A stretch of 64,000 nucleotides of DNA from Spongospora subterranea f. sp. subterranea (lineage: Eukaryota), in NCBI GenBank assembly GCA_049724395.1, contig JAUGWO010000038.1:62001-126000 (forward strand), in the 5' to 3' direction. The position numbers and the translations under genes were made by a program. Positions 53,883-64,000 of the stretch are shown here, one piece after another; position 1 is the first letter of the stretch; the number at the start of each line of letters is the position of its first letter. The notes beneath the pieces were generated by a model. That model was not told where the DNA came from and searched no databases. It worked only from the letters and a program-made list of their open reading frames with translations.

Positions 53883-54049
53883 TGTGGTGACACCACCCGG
53901 TTTAGTGACTTTAGTGACATGAGTCATGAAATCAAGGAGCGCGACTGAGTCCTGATGACCTATTGTCATTATAAAGTTTCGATTATATCCTAGACAAATA
54001 CATTAGACTCCTACTCAAACTCTCGCTCCTAACGCAACGTTCCGCTACA
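53883..54049 (+). repeat. 3' LTR
   Basis: Direct repeat of 50755-50921, preceded by the PPT and followed by TSD ATAC. Confidence 0.95.
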
Positions 54050-54460
54050 ATACCAACCAGGAATTTTGGCGGTTTCTTGACGAATACGTGTGCATAGCAA
54101 TGTGAACCTGTGTCCGTTGTGGATGGTACCCGAGCAACAAGACGCCAGGTCAACCCGTTAGCAGTAACTTGCTCATTGCACACCAAGCCGTCAGATGCAC
54201 CCCGAGATGCAAAATCCCAAACGCGTTGATTGTGCTCACAATTAGAGAATAAACCTTTGACGGACTTCGATTACAATCAATTAATGTGACAGACTCGGGT
54301 GCAACGTGGCTCTGTCAGTCTGTCTACCAGGTCAGTTGGCGGTGAAGGAAGGGGGATCCCCCTGTGGATCTGTATGTACAAATCAGTGTACACCAGCATA
54401 ACTTCCCACAGTTATCCTCATTAATCACAGTTTATTTCAGCAGAATTCGGGGGCAAAACG

Positions 54461-54974
54461 ATGGGTGTGGAACTGTCCCAGATCAAGTCCCCTGTAGGAG
54501 AGGCTAAAGTGGAGAGTTCTATGGAAAAGGGTAATTTGGTTAAAACAAAATGCACTGTTTTGAAACGCGATGTTGTAGAAGGTCCAAAGGACGGAAATGC
54601 AGCTGCTGACGAGCCTCCCACCCACGATTATGTCGAGGACGCAGCCAGCGTTCCGTTCGACCAGCTTCCTGAGAGATTCCGGAAACCGGTTACAACTCCA
54701 ATGGATTATCGGTTTCCGGCAACGAACCAGGCTCGACACTGCTGGGTCCGATACAATCAATTCTTACTATGCTCGGTTGATAAGTCTCCAACCGATCCTG
54801 AATGCGCCAAAATGAAGCATTTTTATCGCTGCATTTGCCCTTCAACCTGGGTATCCGTATAACCAGCTTTGTCAAACAATGATATAACTGTTGCGATTAC
54901 AGGTCGAGAAATGGGATGATGAAAGACGTGAAGGGAAGTTTCTTGGCGTTCAATACAAAGACGACCTCGAATGA
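54461..54974 (+). CDS. COX6B: Cytochrome c oxidase subunit 6B with N-terminal extension
   Basis: TTPMDYRFPATNQARHCWVRYNQFLLC...C..MKHFYRCICPSTW|VEKWDDERREGKF; one intron at about 54851-54902. Confidence 0.92.
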
Positions 54975-55100
54975 CAACAAATATACTGTAGAATAAACTG
55001 TAGCAAGCTGGTACCTTGCGAATGAACTCATAAAACCAAGGCAGAAACGCATAAGCTTTTATTTTCATCATTATTGATTACGTCAGAGCTAGCGATAACA

Positions 55101-56782
55101 TCATACGAGCGGACCCCGTTCACCTTCTGCCTTCTCATCTTCCAGGGGAACGTACTGCGACATGATGCTGCGAAGTTCGTCACGCATCTTGACCGCTGAG
55201 CGCTGATGGTAGACAAAAGCAGCGCCCATGAGTATTGTGACAAAAATCACAATTAGGAAGATAACTGTCGCAACAGAAACTCCACCGCCATTGTAACAGT
55301 CCTTCTTATCTTTGATGAAGTTCGGTGATGAGAATTCGACGCAATGTCCGCAAGCGTCACGACCTTTTCCGAGACCGCAACCGCCAGATGCGCGACACAA
55401 TTCAGGCACCGAAGAATCAGTAAAACCGTTGCAAACCTGCCTGAATACTGGGCAAGTTTCAGAACCGTCACCAACCTTGCAAGCAGTTGTGCCAAAGTAC
55501 AGCGCGTTGTTGATATAGAATGAAGGAATAAGAGAAATTCCACTTTCCGACTAGAAAGAAATGAGAGGCCAGCTATGGATTCAATAGACCGTAACCTTTA
55601 GCTTGAGTTCCGCCTCAATCAATGTATTTTCATTGTCTGAATCTGCATCGGCACCTCCTGAATCCTTAACACATTTTTCGACCGCAGCGAAAGCACTTGG
55701 ATTGATAGAATTAAGAACGCTTTTAGAGCAATCCTGAGCAAGTCGAAATGTTAGGCAGTGTCAACAACAAACTAAAGATTTGATACCTTGTTCACTTTGT
55801 TTGTAGCACCACAGTCGGTGGCAAATTTGCTACTATACTTCCAGAATAAACCAGGATCGGTATTGTTAGTGGCCATGTGCAGGCAAATTCGTCGAAGGTT
55901 TTCTCCGACAACATCTTGTCCGCTGACTCCTGAACTGAGATCGTGGTTCGGATCCACCGCACAGTATCGGCCATTATTAGTGCATTGATTGCCGCAGAGT
56001 TTTGAACCAACATCGCCTGGAGAATTTCAGAATGGGTTCGAAAAAAACACGTAAAACATTACAGCTGTAGAATTTTCCATTCACAAACGCATAATGGTAG
56101 GAAACCGATAGTTTGTTTTGTTTTTGTAAAGGAACGAAAACATCTCCTAATTGATTGAAGCTAGCACTTTGCGGATCGAAGCTCGAAGTCCAAAGTTCAA
56201 CATCCACCGTCTCATGCTGGTCCAAACCATACTCCAATGATACCTAAACCAAAAAAATTGAACCAATATTGTGCGTTTTTACTCGGAAAGATCTACCTCG
56301 ACGGGTTGAGGATTTTTGCTCAAAAACTCGAAGAGCTTATTTCCGTCGCTCGATTTGATTAGCATTGAGGGAATAACGATGTTGTTAGATCCGTCAGAGT
56401 TCATATGCTTGGGAATTGCATCCTCATTATTTACTACAATAACTGCAGCTGCTAAAGCCTCTTGTGCATTCCTGACTTTGGTAGCAAAGGTACATTGTCC
56501 CCGCTTCAAGAGAACAACAACAGGCTCCTTGTCAGCCTTTGGAAGAGTGAACCGCTCACACCCATCTTGTTCCTCTTCTTTCAAAGTGACCAGGGTCCCT
56601 CTCATACACTGACCATAATGGGGGACGCCAAACAGCGATGGGCGAGAATCCATTGTTCCTGTCCCGCCAAACATGGCCTTTAAATCTTGCGGCTGCGATA
56701 TTTGCAATACATTGTCACTGCTGGCGATGGCGATGGCGGCATATAAAACAGCGGCGGATAGAATCCAGTTGGAAGCCAGCAT
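55101..56782 (-). CDS. Vacuolar sorting receptor (BP-80/VSR family)
   Basis: Signal peptide, PA domain (FGVPHYG, LLKRGQCTFATKVRNAQ, IPSMLI), VSR central region (GRYCAVDP, GQDVV.ENLRRIC), TM helix, and cytosolic MRDELRSIMSQYVPL (YxxPhi). Confidence 0.9.
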
Positions 56783-57456
56783 TCTCGACCTATTCGACGC
56801 TCTCGCAGCGTTCTCTCTATCCCTAATCAGGCGACGAAGAGATATATAGGAATTGCGTCCGACACAGACTGAGACGCGCGATATGATTGGTTCACTAGTA
56901 TGGGTGTCGATATGAGTGGGGCTTCCAAAAACGTGGCTCGGACGGAAGCGCTGACTTCAGCCACGTCACATATAAACTCCGCCTGTTGACCCTGCGTCGA
57001 CTACTTTACCGTCGGTAAACCCACTTACATACTCACGTTTCAGGTGTCCATCAGTCGATACAATAGTTTGAGAGCCCCTGCAAGGGATCATCTGCGACAA
57101 GTGTGCGAAACGTATGTGGCTCAAAATCTGGAGGCACAAGCTTGGGAAAGTCACCGAGCAACACCTGGAAAGGAATTGGATTTACTTGTATTATAAATGA
57201 TTGAATTTTTATTCGTCAATTGGAATATATTCCAGAAGGCAAATGAAGCTATTCCCAGATTTCGAAGCTTTTGTTTCTTTCAACGACGTTTTTGGAAATA
57301 TCATAGCGCTACAGAAGTTTTCGGATTAATTTGGCCAGATTCAGCAGCTTTATGATATCTCCGAAAAAACCGTCAAAAGAAAACAAAAGCTTTCGGAATC
57401 TGGAAATTGCTCCTTTCCAGGTGTTGCACATCGTGAGCCCGGTGACGTTTTTTTTT

Positions 57457-57800
57457 TCAATGAGATACATCAGTTCGAAGTGGGGTTTGTTCATGATGAG
57501 CTTTGAACGGTTTACTAATTCCAATATTCAAGATCTGAAGCTTAGCAGTATATCCTGCCAAAGTGAAGTCAATTTCCACGCCACAAGTTTGCAACTTCAC
57601 GACGACAGAATTCATCAGATGAACCTTGCATTTGTCCATTATCGAATATGCTATCGGCTTGCTTAGGCTTATTCGCAGATTTTCAATGCTCAACCCCTCA
57701 TTCCCTCCTTCTCGCTTCTATCAGCTGGCCGACCTCTCAGTCAATGCCAGAATAACACTGTTCAACGCCATTGCGTGTTTTTGGTTGCCCATTCTATTTA
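57457..57800 (-). mobile_element. Degenerate pogo/Tc1-mariner (DDE_1) transposase remnant
   Basis: IMDKCKVHLMNSVVVKLQTCGVEIDFTLAGYTAKLQILNIGISKPFK resembles the pogo consensus LLD...H...IP.GYT..LQPLDV.VNKPFK, with the last catalytic Asp replaced by Asn. Confidence 0.75.
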
Positions 57801-58276
57801 TCTTAGCGCCGGATCACGGTTCTAGAACTAAACAAGATTGTTACACAGAAACGCTCTGCCACTTTAGAAGACGGATAGGGTGCACATTGCGCCGTTAAGT
57901 GCATCAAAACCCTTTTCCTCGAAGATAAAAGCGCCGGATCGACATAACATAAAATCTCCAGAGTCGATCATATTTACGAGTTCGAAATCTGTTGCTATGC
58001 TCGTTGCAATGATTCAATGGTGTCTTTCATAGAATTATTATCAAAAGCGCGCTCGGAAACTTGTACCGTTGTTGGACCTTTTTGGATTCAATTTCAAGAA
58101 TCAGGATGGTATTCTCATTGAATGAAGAAACTGCAATTACTGGTAGAGAAATATTATATTATCTGAACCAGTTCAAGTGAAGCGTCTAAATCTGCTTAGC
58201 CCAAAATTTTATATTTACAGTGGAGAAACAGGCCCAGGCATGAATCCGTATTTTACATTGACCCTTGAAATACCGA

Positions 58277-58575
58277 CTTCCGTATAGTTTCGAAATAAAG
58301 CAACATGATGGTGAAAAAGTTTATTCCATGCGCGTAGCTCGTACCAATACAGAGAGGGGGTTGAGCCACAGAATCAACGCTGAGCATAAAACGGGTTCAG
58401 CGAGGTCCAACCCTACGATGACTCTATTTTCTTCCGCATAGTTTCGAAATAAAGCAAAAATGGTGGTGACAAAGTTCATTGCATGCGCGTAGCTCGTACC
58501 AATACCGAGAGGGGGTTGAGCCACAGAATCAACGCCGGGCCTAGAACGGGTTCAGCGAGGTCCAACGGCCACGAT
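58277..58575. repeat. Two-copy tandem repeat, period about 154-158 bp, upstream of HSP110
   Basis: CTTCCG(T/C)ATAGTTTCGAAATAAAGCAA...CATGCGCGTAGCTCGTACCAATAC...GGGTTCAGCGAGGTCCAAC starts at 58277 and again at 58431. Confidence 0.92.
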
Positions 58576-58797
58576 CCAGGAGCGCCGCGCGGATAAGGAA
58601 AGAATGTGTAAGAATGTTCCAGGCGAGCACAGTGCCGACTACAGACCAGTGTACAGATGGAGACGAATATCAGTTCAATCGTCCGAAGTCCGTACTCACA
58701 ATATTTGCGACGACGGAAATCATTGATCACCGATTCATCTTAGACTAGTTTTGTCCTCCGCTTTTCATTCCGCTACCTGCCATTGCCGCCAACAGAT

Positions 58798-61795
<2,998 letters not shown>

Positions 61796-61869
61796 GGTTG
61801 GTATCATTGATAAAACGTCAAGTATACACATATTCCATGTGATTATTGTTAATATGTATCTGATCACTT

Positions 61870-64000
61870 TCACTCGTTTTCCATCAAAACGGTCTCTACT
61901 GACGCCGGGAGATTTAGCCCCATCTGTTCATGTCGGTAAGGTCGCCGCCTCCCCTTACTCCACGATTGTGTGTCCTACCTTGGAAAGGGCCCTAACTTGC
62001 CCAAGAGTGATGCCCAGGTATCTCCTGATGAACCTGAGCACGCTGAGCTGTGCCGGATTCTCGTAGCACGATGGGCCCAGCTTGACCATAACATTGAGCA
62101 GCAATGTCGAATCCAATGGGACTCGGTTCTCGATCGCCCTGAACGAGGTTCCACTGTGAGAATGCTGGCAAATGGCGAACACATCCCTCTGACGTTTTGA
62201 TCGTGTCGACAGCCGACACCAACGACGGGTCCTGGAATGTCGGAACTTCTAGTTCGACACTCAATCGCTCCACGAACACCTCGATCTCTCGATAGAAATC
62301 GTATCGCATGCGGTCGTCGAGGAACGCGCCATCCAGTGCCAACAGGTCCGAGTCCTTGGTCGCGTCCCGTTCGTGCAACACTTCCGACCTACACACGGGC
62401 GACCTTGACAAACACGTCTGCCAGAATGCAACGCCAATCCGGTTTTACCACACGTTCTCCCTATGGACGATTCTGTTCGCCGCTCTGAGGAAACGGGCGA
62501 TCAACACACACTCAATCCGAACGGCCAATTCAGTTCAACCGACCGTTGCTCGGCCGCCGTTGCCAGTTTGCCCAGCAGCGTCCGATCATGCAGCACGTCC
62601 TCCCTGGCCAATTTCTGCCGGATCAGCGATTCCTGCAGCGTTCGCTCGAGGCGTTTTCGAAGGGCTATGAACTCCTGGCGCCATCTTTGTGCCTAACGTT
62701 ATGGCGATCAACGCCGCCCCAGAAACCGTCCTCATTTCGGGGCGCAACGAACCGGTGATTCGTTCAAGAACGAATGCCGAACGGTTTTGGGCTCACGATC
62801 GACCAATGGCGTCCCCGCAATCGGTTCCGCTTTGACCGTGTTTTTGACGATATTGTTGGACGATTCAAAGACAGCGTCGTTCAACGCCGTTCGCGTCCGT
62901 CTGGAACAGGAAGGTTCGGCTGCTGGTCGTGGCCGAGATTTTCTGTTTGAGACTGTGGCGCCATGTCAGAGACGTCGCGAGTTCGACCGGGTTGGGCCAA
63001 TCCATTACTTGACTGACTGTTGTTGGTTCTCGAACTTCACCTCTGCAGAGGTTCAGAGAGCAGCGATTGGGGGGATTCGGCGCGTCCTTACTGGTTAGGT
63101 CCATCCTGGGGAACGACTGATTGCCGATATTCTCCTTGGCCGACACGAACATGGTCCCGTTCTGGGAATCGGCGATGGGAACACGCGACTCTCAATATCG
63201 GCGGAGTCCACAGCGACGAACGATCCAGAAGAAATTACCTTCCCCTTCCGATAGCGCATCTCGGCCAGGTGGATCTGATCCCGCGGGAACTGAAATCGAT
63301 CCATGTCCACCTCGCGCTTGACCGGGGTTTGCCACAGGTTCCGCAGTCCCGACGACGACGCGATCGGTTCGCGTTGGCCGGCAGCGGCGGTCGGATCGCC
63401 CGCCGCGACCGCTGGCTTCTGATGAAGAACGTGCGCCTTATTCGTCGCCGACCCCGACACGTTCACACCGATCTCCTGGCGCAGCTCCACTCGTTTCGAT
63501 TTGGCTTCGGCGATTCTGGAGACCGGTTCAGAAACGGTGTTTTCGCGGGAGAACAACATGGTGAAATACCGATGATCGAGGTGAAGATCTGGGATACCGT
63601 GTGGGACGTAGGGGTGGCCATATCGGGACCAAACGCCTCGCGACACCCGATTGTCGCGTATCGCCGCCCTCGTGATGAACGAGAGGGCGGTGCAGTCCAC
63701 GAACGGTGACGACGATGGCGATGGAGTTGGTCCGATACCGATCGGGTTCCGCCCCCCCAAATGTCTCATCGTTCACTGATCGCGCCCCCAGATATTTCCA
63801 TCGTCCATCGTTCCTGATCAGGGAATATCTTGAGAGGATTGGCGTGTTCAGCAGAGTGTGAACGATATTGGATTCAACTGGGTTGCCAATGGTTGATGAC
63901 GAGGGGTTGGGCGATGGCGCCACATTAGAGTGTGTTTCACTCTTGGGGGAATTTAGAGTGTGTGATTTGGGGCGTATTCGATCCGAAATCGCTGATGAAC
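61870..64000 (-). CDS. Hypothetical multi-exon protein, 5' end probably beyond the window
   Basis: Chain of protein-like minus-strand segments (63095..63769, 61992..62411, 61955..62182) with GT-AG introns and a probable stop at 61870. No domain recognised. Confidence 0.55.

Larger units (their letters stand above)
50755..54049 (+). mobile_element. Ty3/Gypsy LTR retrotransposon, internally deleted and rearranged (non-autonomous)
   Basis: Two 167-bp LTRs with TG...CA ends, 4-bp TSD ATAC (50751-54 and 54050-53), and polypurine tract AAGGGGGG before the 3' LTR. Inside: gag-like ORF from 51001, protease DTGA, RT N-terminus (IRPSSSPWAAGVVLTRKKDGTYRFAVDY) and integrase core (P..LVADR, NGMAER). Confidence 0.95.

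Noticed and set aside
54851..54902. U12-type intron in COX6B (GTATCC donor)
   Set aside because: The donor continues GT rather than TT/TY, and there is no TCCTTAAC branch site.

Overview
Gene-dense eukaryotic nuclear DNA of roughly balanced GC content, with many short (about 45-80 nt) GT-AG introns. It carries flagellar/basal-body genes (LRRCC1-like, SAXO-like) and a plant-type vacuolar sorting receptor. This fits a compact-genome zoosporic protist such as a plasmodiophorid, but that is inference only. Recognisable genes: METTL9/DREV, mitoferrin, NADPH-cytochrome P450 reductase (one frameshift), Josephin, CDC45, a DH/PH/triple-FYVE protein, coilin, LRRCC1, a very long ARM-repeat protein, aspartate aminotransferase, HPPK-DHPS, SAXO, a small BCL7-like/C2H2 protein, calcineurin A, COX6B, VSR and HSP110. 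Mobile DNA: a Harbinger transposase fragment, a pogo DDE remnant, a nested foldback element and a deleted Gypsy LTR retrotransposon (167-bp LTRs, ATAC target-site duplication). The two most striking signals are as follows. (1) The LTR element has no tRNA-type primer-binding site; its PBS is instead complementary over 16 nt to its own LTR, as in Tf1 self-priming, and its protease region is duplicated as a palindrome. (2) An island at 44.9-47.5 kb holds three consecutive long inverted repeats. Coordinates of spliced genes are approximate, and all homology calls are from motif recognition by eye, not database searches.
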